DNA from: Candidatus Spyradenecus sp.
Lineage (GTDB): Bacteria > Verrucomicrobiota > Kiritimatiellia > RFP12 > DVOR01
DNA: 62,333 bases
Direction: 5' to 3'
NCBI GenBank assembly: GCA_051884775.1
Contig: JBJEVY010000075.1
Span: 1 to 62,333 of the forward strand
Each line of letters starts with the position of its first letter. The first letter of the stretch is position 1. A program made the translations under genes and the position numbers. The notes beneath the pieces were generated by a model that did not search any database, was not told where the DNA came from, and saw only the letters and a program-made list of their open reading frames with translations. Positions 52,433 through 61,521 of this stretch are shown in pieces.

Positions 52433-54034
52433 TTAGAGCGCCTCGGCGGCGCAGTCGATGAGGCAGTGGGTCTTGGGATCAAAGGCCAGGCCAATGGCGT
52501 AGATGGGCAGATTGTGGCAGCGCTGCGCCTCGGCGTAGTTGCGTTCGCGAATCTGCGCAAGGGCCGCCTGGGCGCCGGTCTTGCCATCGCGATTGACCTT
52601 GAGCTCAAAGATGAAGACGGCATCGAGGAAGACGAGCACGAGGTCAGGCCGAGTCGCGGTCTGCTGACGCTCGAAGCAGACTTGCGTGGTGGCAAAGCGC
52701 GAGCGCAGGAGGCAGTAGAGGAGGCGCAGATAGGCAGCTTCGGTAATCTCGGCGCCCTCGGTGGCGTGGTAAGGCAGGTCGGCGTAAAGGACCTTGAGGT
52801 GCGCGAAGAACTCCGGGAAGTCGCGCGTGGTCAGGGCCGTAATCGTTTCGCTAAACCAGGGGTCTCCACCCGGGCGCTTGGCGATAGACTGGGTGACAAT
52901 CGTCAGCAAATCGCGCCGGACTTCCTCATCGGGGATGCCCAAGGTGTAGCCCGCCATCGGATGATAGGCCTTAATGGTGAGGTACCCGGCCTGGAAGAGA
53001 AGGGCTATGGCAGAGAGATTCGCAAGGTCACTGGCGGCCATCAAGTCTTCGGTGACCCCGGGGATATTCTCATAGTCCATCTTGACCAGCTGCTCGCGCG
53101 AGAGGTAGTTCATCAGCATCGAGGGTTTGCCGGTGGTCGACCAGGTGGGCACAAACTCCGGCTCCTGATCGGCCAGCGTATTGGAGATGGCGTAGGGGTT
53201 GTAAACGGCAGACTCCGGCCCGAGATGGAAGCGCGCGAAATGATACCCGTTATACCAGAAGCGCAGCTGCGCGCGATAGGTTTCGTAGTCCAGCCCCATC
53301 ACCTGGGCGTGAGCGGCCATCGCCTCGTGGAAGTAGGTCTCCAATTCCGCTTCGGTGTAACCCAGCAGCGTGGCGGCACGCGCGTCCAGAGTTAGGTCCT
53401 TGACGTTGTTGAGTGCCGAGAAGACCGAGACCTGCGAGAACTTCGAGACGCCGGTCATCATCAGGAAGCGAATCTTGTCGACATTCTTTTTGAGGATGGC
53501 ATAGAAGTCCGCCATCACCTTGCGCACGGCCAAGGCGAGGTCGAGGTTGTCGAGCGTATGGCCGATGGGCGCGTCATATTCATCCACGAGCACCACAACG
53601 CGCTTACCCGTGCGCTCGAAGAGCTCCTGAATGGCGTGGTCAAAGTTGCTTCCAGCCGTCTCTTGGGGGTGGATGGTCGCACCGGCAAGTTGCAACTTCT
53701 GCAAGACGGCACTTCTAAAATCCTGCTTGAACTCCTCCAGCGAGGAGGTCGAGAGTCCCGAAAAGTCGAAGCGGAAGACGGGGTGAACCGGCCAGTCGTA
53801 ATCGGTCTTGGAGATAGCCAACCCCTCGAAGAGCTCCTTGCGGCCACGGAAGATGCTCTCAAGCGTCGAAATCATCAGCGACTTGCCAAAGCGCCGCGGA
53901 CGCGAGATAAAGTAGAAGGCCGAGAGGGGGGCCGAGACGATTAAATCATAGAATGTCTGCGTCTTGTCGACGTAGATGGAATTACTTTCCCGCATCCCCG
54001 GGAAGTCATAACTCATCGTCTCAATGCGTGCCAT
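52433..54034 (-). CDS. AAA-ATPase-like domain protein with C-terminal PD-(D/E)XK nuclease-like domain
   Basis: FYFISRPRRFGKS P-loop-like N-terminus and C-terminal PDLVLV..FIFELKV motif. The start is MARIETMSYDF at 54034 with a GGAGGA SD. Confidence 0.75.
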   Translation of the reverse strand: MARIETMSYDFPGMRESNSIYVDKTQTFYDLIVSAPLSAFYFISRPRRFGKSLMISTLESIFRGRKELFEGLAISKTDYDWPVHPVFRFDFSGLSTSSLEEFKQDFRSAVLQKLQLAGATIHPQETAGSNFDHAIQELFERTGKRVVVLVDEYDAPIGHTLDNLDLALAVRKVMADFYAILKKNVDKIRFLMMTGVSKFSQVSVFSALNNVKDLTLDARAATLLGYTEAELETYFHEAMAAHAQVMGLDYETYRAQLRFWYNGYHFARFHLGPESAVYNPYAISNTLADQEPEFVPTWSTTGKPSMLMNYLSREQLVKMDYENIPGVTEDLMAASDLANLSAIALLFQAGYLTIKAYHPMAGYTLGIPDEEVRRDLLTIVTQSIAKRPGGDPWFSETITALTTRDFPEFFAHLKVLYADLPYHATEGAEITEAAYLRLLYCLLRSRFATTQVCFERQQTATRPDLVLVFLDAVFIFELKVNRDGKTGAQAALAQIRERNYAEAQRCHNLPIYAIGLAFDPKTHCLIDCAAEAL

Positions 54035-54052
54035 CGGGTCCTCCGTGCGCGT

Positions 54053-54061
54053 AGTATAGCA
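54053..54061 (-). promoter_or_regulatory. Candidate extended -10 (TGCTATACT) for the AAA-ATPase gene
   Basis: 18 nt upstream of the ATG at 54034. Confidence 0.45.
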
Positions 54062-54122
54062 TAAGGTGCGTGCGCGGTGTGTGCGGAGCCGAGAGAGGGG
54101 TAACGCGGGGCGAGGGGTGTGC

Positions 54123-54163
54123 GTACCCCAATTGGGGTACCAGTCATTCCCCAATTGGGGTAC
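54123..54163. promoter_or_regulatory. Two copies of palindrome CCCCAATTGGGG (the first extends to a perfect 18-bp palindrome GTACCCCAATTGGGGTAC)
   Basis: Copies at 54123-54140 and 54149-54163, centres 23 bp apart, about 70-110 nt upstream of the AAA-ATPase -10. Confidence 0.6.
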
Positions 54164-54170
54164 GACCTTG

Positions 54171-54203
54171 ACCTCGGGCGGAGACGATTGAAACCTCGGG
54201 CGG
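54171..54203 (+). repeat. Two ACCTCGGGCGG iterons with 22-bp spacing
   Basis: Copies at 54171-54181 and 54193-54203, with the same core and phase as 42406-42493. Confidence 0.75.
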
Positions 54204-54212
54204 GGGAACCAT

Positions 54213-54260
54213 TAAGACTGAGTCTTATTGCAATTAAGAGTTAGTCTTATTGCAATTAAG
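54213..54260. repeat. AT-rich palindrome (TAAGACT-g-AGTCTTA) and 18-nt direct repeat AGTCTTATTGCAATTAAG x2
   Basis: Palindrome at 54213-54227. Direct repeats at 54221-54238 and 54243-54260 (22-bp period). Confidence 0.7.
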
Positions 54261-54361
54261 TCTGGCTCTTAATTATCGGACCCGGGGCTGGGCGGAATTC
54301 GCCCCGGGCGAGAAGGCGGTTTCCGCCGCGCGCGGGTTGGGGCCCGAGCGGCGAGTTCCTG

Positions 54362-54757
54362 TTACTGAAGCGAGCGAGCGATACGCTGGTCGAGGTTGCG
54401 GATCCACTGGTTGTACTTGCGGGAGATGGTCTTGGCCTCGGGGTCGTAATCCATATCAACAGCATCGACGAGCGTGATGGTGTAGTTGGTGGCGGTGTAG
54501 GCGATCTTGGCGGTGACCGAGCGGGGACCGTGGCCGCGGACGAGGCGGACGGTGATCTCACCGGGGTTGTCGCTGATGATGGTCCAGGGGGTGGTCTTGA
54601 TGGCGGTGACGAGGGTCTGGTGGAGGGAATCTGTGGTGGCACCGGGGAGGGTGATGGCGGTGGTAGGCTCGAAGACAGGCTGGCCGGGTTTGAAGGCGCA
54701 GCCGGCGGTGAGGAGCGCGGCGAGGGCGAGGGTCGCGAGGAGGGGGAGCTTGTTCAT
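54362..54757 (-). CDS. Small lipoprotein, function unknown
   Basis: Lipobox LLTAGC after MNKLPLLATLALAA; 131 aa. Confidence 0.7.
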   Translation of the reverse strand: MNKLPLLATLALAALLTAGCAFKPGQPVFEPTTAITLPGATTDSLHQTLVTAIKTTPWTIISDNPGEITVRLVRGHGPRSVTAKIAYTATNYTITLVDAVDMDYDPEAKTISRKYNQWIRNLDQRIARSLQ

Positions 54758-54804
54758 TGTGAGTTTCCTTTCAGTTGTCGGGATTGGGAAAAAGGGGGCC
54801 GGGC

Positions 54805-55596
54805 CTACTGACCGTAGCGGGCGGAGAAGGCATCGAGGATGCGCAGGAGGTCGGGGGTGAGGTGGCGGCGGAGGTCGGGGAGGCGGGCTTCGTCGGCGCC
54901 GTAGTAGGCTTCTGCGATGGAACAGGCGATGGCGGCCTGGGTGTCGGCATCGCAGCCGAGGGCGATGGCCTGGCGGAGGCAGTCATCGAAGGAATCGGTG
55001 AGGAGGAAGGCGGCGATGGCGTGGGGGACGGCGCGGTAGGTGGCGTCAAAGCCGGCTTGAGCGGCCTGGGCGCGGAGTTCTTCCAGGGAGTCGGGGAAGG
55101 TGTAGTTGAAACGGGCCTCGAGTTCGTCGCGGATTTCGGCTTGGTCTTGGCCTTTGCGGGCGAGGAAGATGGCCAGGGCGGTGGCTTGGGCGGAGGCAAT
55201 GGCTTCGGGGGTGTTGTGGGTGCAGGCGGCGGAGGCTTCGGCTTCGCGCAGGAGGTCGAGAAGGGTGTTGTACGCCCAGGCAATGGGGGAGACGCGCATG
55301 GCCGCGCCGTTGCCGAGGCTGCCGTAGGGCTCCGGGCGGCGCTGGTCGAGCCACTGGGCGCGGAAGCGATTGCCGTAGCCGACGGTGGGATGGGCAAGGG
55401 CGAGTTCGAGGAGCGTGGCGTGGTAGGGGCGGCGCTCGAGGAGGGCCTTGGCGATGGCGAGGGTCAGGACGGTGTCGTCGGTAAAGCGGCGCGCGGGGTG
55501 CGCGAGGTCGATGCGGGCCGCTTCGCGTTCAGGGGCGAACTCGTAGGGCGAGCCGCAGAGGTCGCCAATCAGGGCACCGAGGAGGATGTGGGGCAT
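54805..55596 (-). CDS. ADP-ribosylglycohydrolase family protein
   Basis: GDLCGSPYEF, FTDDT and GNGAAMR motifs. The start is MPHILLG. Confidence 0.8.
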   Translation of the reverse strand: MPHILLGALIGDLCGSPYEFAPEREAARIDLAHPARRFTDDTVLTLAIAKALLERRPYHATLLELALAHPTVGYGNRFRAQWLDQRRPEPYGSLGNGAAMRVSPIAWAYNTLLDLLREAEASAACTHNTPEAIASAQATALAIFLARKGQDQAEIRDELEARFNYTFPDSLEELRAQAAQAGFDATYRAVPHAIAAFLLTDSFDDCLRQAIALGCDADTQAAIACSIAEAYYGADEARLPDLRRHLTPDLLRILDAFSARYGQ

Positions 55597-55600
55597 AGGC

Positions 55601-57013
55601 TTAGGCGGCGAGGAGACGCGCGTTGGCGCGGCGCTCGCGGAGGTGGAAGGCAAAAGCGATGAGGACGGAGAGGACATCGGAGACCGGCGCGGCCCACCAG
55701 ACGCCGATGGGCCCGAGGACGAGCGGGAAGGTGAGCATCATCGGCACGAGCAGGAAGCATTGGCGCGAGAGGCTCATCACCAGGCTGATGGTACCGCGGC
55801 CGATGCTCTGGAAGTATTGGCCCACGAGGATGGCGTAGCCCACGAAGGTGAAGCCGCAGAAGAAGATGAGCATCTCGGTGGGGCCGTGGGCCAGCAGCTC
55901 GGGGGCCATCTCCGCGCGGCAGAAGAGGCGGAAGATGGGCACGCGCAACAGCATCACTAGCCCCGAGCAGAGGGCGATGTAGCCCCCACCCCAGAGGGCG
56001 GCGAGGTTGAAGGTGCGGCGGACGCGGTCGAACTGCCGCGCGCCGTAGTTGAAGCCCAAGATCGGCTGCATTCCCTGTGCCACGCCGAGGACAGGCATGC
56101 AGATGAGCATCTGGACGGTCATCACGATGCCGATGGCGGCGATCTCGCGCCCGGCGGTGGCTTCGTCGGGGGCGTAGGTGCGGAAGAGGATGTTGTAGAG
56201 GGCGTTGACAGCACTGCCAACGAGGTTGAGGGCGAAGGGCGGCAAGCCCAGGAGGATGACTTGGCGCAGGAGCCGAGGGTAGACTTTGACAAAGCCAGGC
56301 TTGAGGCGTAGCGTGGCCGAGGGGCGCAGGAAGTGGGTCATCACCCACGCCGCCGAGATTGTTTGCGAGATAACCGTGGCAATGGCCGCGCCCTGGATAC
56401 CCAGGTTCATCGCCGGGAGGGTGCAGAAGCCCAGGGGCACTTCCTCAAAGATAAAGAAGGGGTCGAGGAGGATATTGGCCACCGCGCCGATGAGCATCGT
56501 CATCAGGGCCTTGGTGGGGTGGCCCTGGGCGCGGAGGGTGTGGTTGAGGCCAAAGCCCAGATACTGCGCCAGCGCGCCGCCAAAGTAGATGCGCATATAG
56601 GCCGCTGCGGCCGGGACCGTGGCCGGGGTGCCGCCGATGGCCGCCATGATCTCGCCCGAGAAGAGCGCGCAGAGGGGGTAGACCGCCAGCGAGAGGAAGA
56701 GGTAGATGGCCACGGCCTGGCCCAGGTAACACTGCGCAATGGTGCGCTTGCCCTGCCCCATCGCAATGGAGATGCGCGTGGCCGTGCCCACGCCGATGAG
56801 CAGACCGCACGCGAGCATCACCATCGTGGCCGGGAAGGTCAGCGCCAGCCCGGCCAGGCCGTCCGCCCCCACGCAGCGGCCCACATAGAGGCGGTCGACC
56901 ACATTGTAGAGGGCCATCACCAGCATGCCGACGATGGCGGGCAGGGAATACTTCCAGAGGAGCGCGCCCACCGGCCAGCGCCCAAGCTGTTTGGCGGCGT
57001 CGCTCGCGGCCAT
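55601..57013 (-). CDS. MATE family efflux transporter
   Basis: LWKYSLPAIVGMLVMALYNVVDRLYVG N-terminal signature and about 12 TM segments. Confidence 0.85.
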   Translation of the reverse strand: MAASDAAKQLGRWPVGALLWKYSLPAIVGMLVMALYNVVDRLYVGRCVGADGLAGLALTFPATMVMLACGLLIGVGTATRISIAMGQGKRTIAQCYLGQAVAIYLFLSLAVYPLCALFSGEIMAAIGGTPATVPAAAAYMRIYFGGALAQYLGFGLNHTLRAQGHPTKALMTMLIGAVANILLDPFFIFEEVPLGFCTLPAMNLGIQGAAIATVISQTISAAWVMTHFLRPSATLRLKPGFVKVYPRLLRQVILLGLPPFALNLVGSAVNALYNILFRTYAPDEATAGREIAAIGIVMTVQMLICMPVLGVAQGMQPILGFNYGARQFDRVRRTFNLAALWGGGYIALCSGLVMLLRVPIFRLFCRAEMAPELLAHGPTEMLIFFCGFTFVGYAILVGQYFQSIGRGTISLVMSLSRQCFLLVPMMLTFPLVLGPIGVWWAAPVSDVLSVLIAFAFHLRERRANARLLAA

Positions 57014-57017
57014 AAGG

Positions 57018-57695
57018 CTAGCAGGTTGCGGCGGCCCGGGCGCAGCGCTCGCGCATCTCACGCACAGCCGCGCCCATATCGGCCTGTTTGAAGAGGAAGG
57101 AGCCGGCCACGAAGGCGTTGGCCCCGGCGGCGGCGGCGCGCTCGGCCGTCTCGAAGTTGACCCCACCATCGACCATCAGCTCCAGCGCCGGGGCCTGGGC
57201 GCGCAGCGCGGCAATCTTGGGCAGCACGCTCTCGATGAAGGCCTGACCGCCGTAGCCGGGGAAGACGGTCATGCAGAGCACCTCATCGGTGCACTCGAGG
57301 TAGGGGAAGGCCGCCTCGGCAGGGGTGTCGGGGTTGAGGACCAGCCCCACGCGGGCGCCGCGGGCGTGGATTTCAGCGGCCAGGGCGCGCACATCTAGCC
57401 GGTCGCGTAGCTCCAGGTGGAACTGGATGGTGCTCGAGCCCTTCTCCACGAAGCGCGTGGCGTAGGCCTCGGGGTTGGTGATCATTAGGTGGGTGTTGAT
57501 TTCGCGCTCGGGGCCAAGCACCTTGCGGCAGAGGGCCGAGACGTCGGGAGAGAAGGAGAGGTTCGGCACGAAGTGGCCATCCATAATATCCAGGTGCAGC
57601 GCGTCCGCACCCGAGGCGCCCACCCGGGCAATCTCATCGCCCAGACGCGCAAGGTCCGCCGCCAGCAGCGAGGGCAATATCCGTATCGACTTCAT
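57018..57695 (-). CDS. rpe: Ribulose-phosphate 3-epimerase
   Basis: PSLLAADL, LHLDIMDGHFVPN and MTVFPGYGGQ motifs. Confidence 0.95.
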   Translation of the reverse strand: MKSIRILPSLLAADLARLGDEIARVGASGADALHLDIMDGHFVPNLSFSPDVSALCRKVLGPEREINTHLMITNPEAYATRFVEKGSSTIQFHLELRDRLDVRALAAEIHARGARVGLVLNPDTPAEAAFPYLECTDEVLCMTVFPGYGGQAFIESVLPKIAALRAQAPALELMVDGGVNFETAERAAAAGANAFVAGSFLFKQADMGAAVREMRERCARAAATC

Positions 57696-57724
57696 CTTGC
57701 TTCCTTCCGTTCCCACTGCCGCGC

Positions 57725-57733
57725 ATTGTAGCA
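57725..57733 (-). promoter_or_regulatory. Candidate extended -10 (TGCTACAAT) for rpe
   Basis: Minus strand reads GCGAGCGACGCTCGC-gaattgTGCTACAAT, about 30 nt upstream of the ATG. GGAAGGAAG SD. Confidence 0.5.
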
Positions 57734-57769
57734 CAATTCGCGAGCGTCGCTCGCAGAGCGCCACCTGCC

Positions 57770-58732
57770 TCAGCACCCCAGCAGCCAGAGGCCAATGGGC
57801 ACCGTGAGAATGCAGAGCGCGTGGGTGTTGAGGATCATTGCCGAGACGAAGGGAATGTCCCCGCCGTAAACTTCGGCCATCGACACGCCCACCATCGCTC
57901 CGGGCATCAGCGCAATCACCCCAAAGACCATCCGTACCTCTGGCGCGAGCGGCAGCACGTAGAGCAGCGCCAGGATCATCGCCGGAATCACTACCATCCG
58001 CAGCAGCGTGACGGCAATCTGCAGCGGCGTAAAGAGTCCGCTCAGCTTCAACTGCCCCAGGCGCATTCCGCAGACAATCGCGCTCGCGGGGATCGTCGCC
58101 CCGCCGAGATACTTGTAGAGCGTCTCCAACGCCACACGCGTGGGCAGGCAGCCCATCAGGTCCGCCGAGTTCACGCCGAAGGGGTGCAGCAGCGCCAGGG
58201 TGAGCACGGCGGCGGCCAGGGCGGCAATCGGCGGGCGCAGCAGGAGCGAGGGGAGCGTCCGCAGCTTGAGTTTCTGCCCTGTGAAGGTGCGGAAGCCCAG
58301 GGTCCACATCATCGTGTCCGAGCCAATGGTGGTGAGCGCGACCATCGCCACCCCCTGCTCGCCCAACGCGGTCCCGGCGATAATCATAATCGGCAGGAAG
58401 GAGTAGTTATTCATCGTGCAGGCGAAGTGGAAGGCGCGGCGCGTTGGCGCCCGGAAGTGGCGCACGAAGTAGCGCTTGGCCACCCACCCCACGCACCAGC
58501 CCACCACCATAATCCCCACCGCCCCGGCCGGCAAGAGCCAGTTCTCGGCAATCTTCGCGAGCGTATAGTTACGCAGAATCGCCGAATAGAGCAAGGAGGG
58601 ATAGAAGACCTGCAGGAGCAGTTTCGAGAGCTGCGTGGAGAAGTCCTCGGCAAACCACTGCCGCCGCGTGGCCACCACCCCCACGCCAATCATCGCAAAG
58701 ATGCCCAGGATCTGAATTGCTATCTCAATCAT
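57770..58732 (-). CDS. AEC (auxin efflux carrier) family transporter
   Basis: 10-TM layout and N-terminus MIEIAIQILGIFAMIGVGVVATRRQWF. Confidence 0.75.
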   Translation of the reverse strand: MIEIAIQILGIFAMIGVGVVATRRQWFAEDFSTQLSKLLLQVFYPSLLYSAILRNYTLAKIAENWLLPAGAVGIMVVGWCVGWVAKRYFVRHFRAPTRRAFHFACTMNNYSFLPIMIIAGTALGEQGVAMVALTTIGSDTMMWTLGFRTFTGQKLKLRTLPSLLLRPPIAALAAAVLTLALLHPFGVNSADLMGCLPTRVALETLYKYLGGATIPASAIVCGMRLGQLKLSGLFTPLQIAVTLLRMVVIPAMILALLYVLPLAPEVRMVFGVIALMPGAMVGVSMAEVYGGDIPFVSAMILNTHALCILTVPIGLWLLGC

Positions 58733-58734
58733 AC

Positions 58735-58809
58735 GAGTGAACCGTGAGAGGTGAACGATGAGAGGTGAACGATGAGAGGTGAACGATGAGAGGTGAACGG
58801 TGAACGGTC
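58735..58809 (+). repeat. Heptad array with 14-nt super-period (AGGTGAACGATGAG x3, then GTGAACG x2)
   Basis: gagtgaaccgtgagaggtgaacgatgagaggtgaacgatgagaggtgaacgatgagaggtgaacggtgaacggtcg. Confidence 0.9.
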
Positions 58810-58843
58810 GCTGCCCGTTCTGACAGGCCGCGTCCCCGCGGCC
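58809..58843. repeat. Conserved 3'-end element GCCCGTTCTGACNGGCCGCGTCCCCGCGGCC, copy 1
   Basis: Hairpin ggccgcg-tccc-cgcggcc abuts the stop at 58844. A near-identical copy lies at 60838-60870. Confidence 0.75.
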
Positions 58844-59530
58844 TTAACTCCGCGGCAGCAGGCGCACCAGGGCCGCCCCGCGCTCGGCAATCGGCAGGCG
58901 GATGCGCGCGTCCCAACCTACCGCTTCGTCGCGCTGCTCAGGGAGGCCATCCGCCGCCGAGAGCACATCCATCGTGGCGAAGGGCCGCTCCCCGGGCAAC
59001 GCCTCAATTAGGTCCGCCGCGCGGAAGGTCAGCACCGCCGGCTTCCCGCACGGCAGCACGAAGGCGCCCATCGTGTAGCTGCCATCGACTTCGCGCAGGC
59101 CAAACTGCAAGAACCACCCCGGCTCGCCCCGCCGGCACCAACGCGCCTCCGGCGCGCAACGCAACATCCGCAGCAGCGCGGCAAAGGTTTCGCGATAGAG
59201 TGGCGAGAAGCCGCCCGAGGCGTCCAACATCCACGCCCCCTGCGGACAGAGCGGCATCTCCCGGAAGGCTGCGAAGAGCACCGCCTCGGCGCTCTCCAAC
59301 ACGCGCGGCGAGGCTACGGCCTCGGGGTCCGCCGCCTGGCAGAGCAGCGCGGCCGGCGAAGGGACCTGCCGCTCGACCACGCACCCATCGGCGCGCCAGT
59401 AGCGCAGCGCCGTCCGCCCCTGCGCCGTGAAGTAGAGATTGACGGGCAAGCGCTCGCGGGCATCCAAAACTGCCCCCGTGCCTGCCCGTCGCGGAACGCG
59501 CCCTGTCGACTGTCGGCTGTCGACTGTCAT
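58844..59530 (-). CDS. Hypothetical protein (228 aa)
   Basis: The ORF follows the S1-domain gene stop by 3 nt. The first 10 codons (MTVDSRQSTG) are a heptad array. No motif was recognised and the start is uncertain. Confidence 0.45.
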   Translation of the reverse strand: MTVDSRQSTGRVPRRAGTGAVLDARERLPVNLYFTAQGRTALRYWRADGCVVERQVPSPAALLCQAADPEAVASPRVLESAEAVLFAAFREMPLCPQGAWMLDASGGFSPLYRETFAALLRMLRCAPEARWCRRGEPGWFLQFGLREVDGSYTMGAFVLPCGKPAVLTFRAADLIEALPGERPFATMDVLSAADGLPEQRDEAVGWDARIRLPIAERGAALVRLLPRS

Positions 59531-59531
59531 C
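59503..59531 (-). repeat. GTCGACA heptad array preceded by the CCGTCGCGGAACGCGC core (59486-59502)
   Basis: ctgtcgactgtcggctgtcgactgtcatc. Confidence 0.85.
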
Positions 59532-59535
59532 TTCC

Positions 59536-60735
59536 TTACAGCGAGAGGTTCGCGAAGGGATTGTTGCCGAAGTTGGCATGCTTGGCGCGGTTGGCGCGGA
59601 GCCACTCGCGCGCATCGGCCTCCGGATCGTTCTCCGGGGCGGCGTCCTTGGCCACCGGCTCCTCGGCCGTCACCGGCTTGAGGGCAATCTTGTGCGCGTC
59701 GAGGTCAATCGATTCAATCCGCACTTCGAGCAGCTGCCCCTCCTCGACCACCTCGTGCGCCGAAGCAATCCGCTTGCCCTTGGCCAACGCGGCCAGACGC
59801 CCATTGGAGAGGAGCCCATCGACCCCCGGCGCCACCTGCGCAAAGGCCCCGAAGGTGGCAATGCGCACAATCTTCGCGTTCAGCACGTCGCCCACGCGAT
59901 ACTGCGCGGTGAAGGCCTCCCAAGGATTCTGTCGCAGCGCCCGCAGCGAGAGCGAGATCCGCTCGGTCACGGCATCCACATGCTGCACCAGCACCTCCAC
60001 CTTATCCCCGGGCTTGACCAGCTCCTCGGCCTTTGCGTCGCGCTCCCAGGAGAGCTCGCGCTTGGGCACCAGCCCCTCGGCCCCGCCCAGGTCCACAAAG
60101 ACGCCGAAGTCGACGATGCGCGTCACCGTCCCCTCGCGCGTCTGCCCCTCGGCGAGTTCGGCGAAGAGCGCCTCGCGCGCGGCCTTCTGCTCGCGCTCCA
60201 AGAGCGCCCGGCGCGAGACCAGCAGGTTCATCCCCCGCTCGTCCTCGCCATACTCAGTAATCAGGAAGGTCTGCTTGGTGCCCACGAACTCGGCCGGCTC
60301 CTTTGTCCGGAAGCGCTCCATCTGCGAGTAGGGGCAGAAGGCGCGCTGACCGGCCAGGTCAATCTCATAACCGCCCTTGGTCTCGGCCTTGACCAGACCA
60401 TCGATGGGCGTGCCGGCGGCGTAGGCCTGCGCGATGGCCGCATCGCCGCGCCCGGTGGCCTTATTGCGCGCGGTAAAGGTCAGGTTCCCCTGCCGCATCC
60501 CCACGAACCAGACCTTCACGCGCTCGCCCTCCTGGGCCCGCAGCGTGCCATCTTCCAGGATAAACTCCTCCTTGTCCACCACCCCTTCGTCCTTCGCCCC
60601 CACATCCAACACCACATAGTGGCCCTTCGTCGAGACCACCCGGGCCGTCACCTCCTCGCCGGGGTTAAACCCGCGCCGATAGTTCAAGCCACTGGCCGCC
60701 AACATCGCGGCGAAATCTGCCTTCGCATCCTTCAT
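59536..60735 (-). CDS. rpsA: S1 RNA-binding domain protein (four S1 repeats; ribosomal protein S1-like)
   Basis: Repeated G..V.G.V..I..FGAFV-type OB-fold motifs (e.g. GTVTRIVDFGVFVDLGG, NAKIVRIATFGAFAQV). At 399 aa it is shorter than six-domain S1. Confidence 0.75.
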   Translation of the reverse strand: MKDAKADFAAMLAASGLNYRRGFNPGEEVTARVVSTKGHYVVLDVGAKDEGVVDKEEFILEDGTLRAQEGERVKVWFVGMRQGNLTFTARNKATGRGDAAIAQAYAAGTPIDGLVKAETKGGYEIDLAGQRAFCPYSQMERFRTKEPAEFVGTKQTFLITEYGEDERGMNLLVSRRALLEREQKAAREALFAELAEGQTREGTVTRIVDFGVFVDLGGAEGLVPKRELSWERDAKAEELVKPGDKVEVLVQHVDAVTERISLSLRALRQNPWEAFTAQYRVGDVLNAKIVRIATFGAFAQVAPGVDGLLSNGRLAALAKGKRIASAHEVVEEGQLLEVRIESIDLDAHKIALKPVTAEEPVAKDAAPENDPEADAREWLRANRAKHANFGNNPFANLSL

Positions 60736-60778
60736 CTTCTGTCGTTCCTTTGCTCAACAACAAACAAAAAGCGCGCAG

Positions 60779-60787
60779 ATTGTAGCA
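60779..60787 (-). promoter_or_regulatory. Candidate extended -10 (TGTGCTACAAT) for the S1-domain gene
   Basis: About 45 nt upstream of the ATG at 60735. Confidence 0.5.
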
Positions 60788-60837
60788 CATCCGCAGTTCG
60801 CGCGCCGTCAGGTGGCCCTGCGGGCTGAGAGGAGGCG

Positions 60838-60870
60838 TTGCCCGTTCTGACCGGCCGCGTCCCCGCGGCC
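60838..60870. repeat. Conserved 3'-end element, copy 2
   Basis: ttgcccgttctgaccggccgcgtccccgcggcc, about 10 nt beyond the stop at 60881. Confidence 0.75.
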
Positions 60871-60880
60871 GCGCGTAGTG

Positions 60881-61444
60881 CTAGAGCTGCTTCAAAAAGA
60901 GCCGCCGTAGGAGCGAATCTTCTGCCACCGCCCCATTTAGAATCAGAAAGCACAGCGCCGTCACGCACACCCCCGCCAGCACCACCCCCGCCACATTCGC
61001 CAAATAGAAGCGCTTGCGGTCGAACCCCAGCAAAAAGGCCCCAATCGCCCCCGTCACAGCCCCCGTCCCAGGCAACGGCACCCCGATGAAGATCGCCAGC
61101 CCCCACTCGCCATACTTCTCCACCACCGGGCGCAACTTCTCCTGCCGCCGCTCGAAAATCGGCCACAGCCGCCGCTCAAACCACGCCCAACGCCGCATCA
61201 ACCGCAAACACGGCAGCAGCACCTCAAAGACCGCCACCCCCAGCACCACATTCGCCGCCACGCACACCCCCGCCACCAACCACGGACTCATCTCCACCCC
61301 CGTCCATTCCACCCCCAGCACCCCCGCCAGGCGCTCGCACATCGGCCCCAACGCAAAAAAGCCCACCGGAATTGACGCGCGCAACTCCAACGCCGGAATG
61401 CACGTAATCGCGCACAACACCAAAACCGCAAACAGCCAATTCAT
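60881..61444 (-). CDS. Small multidrug-export-like membrane protein (COG2426-type)
   Basis: IPALELRASIPVG motif and 4-5 TM segments. The start is MNWLFAV at 61444. Confidence 0.65.
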   Translation of the reverse strand: MNWLFAVLVLCAITCIPALELRASIPVGFFALGPMCERLAGVLGVEWTGVEMSPWLVAGVCVAANVVLGVAVFEVLLPCLRLMRRWAWFERRLWPIFERRQEKLRPVVEKYGEWGLAIFIGVPLPGTGAVTGAIGAFLLGFDRKRFYLANVAGVVLAGVCVTALCFLILNGAVAEDSLLRRLFLKQL

Positions 61445-61521
61445 CGCCTCTGCCTCCGCAACGCGCTCCCAAAACAAGAAAAGGCCGCCCTTCGGCAGCC
61501 TTCCATCTCAACCTTCTTAAC

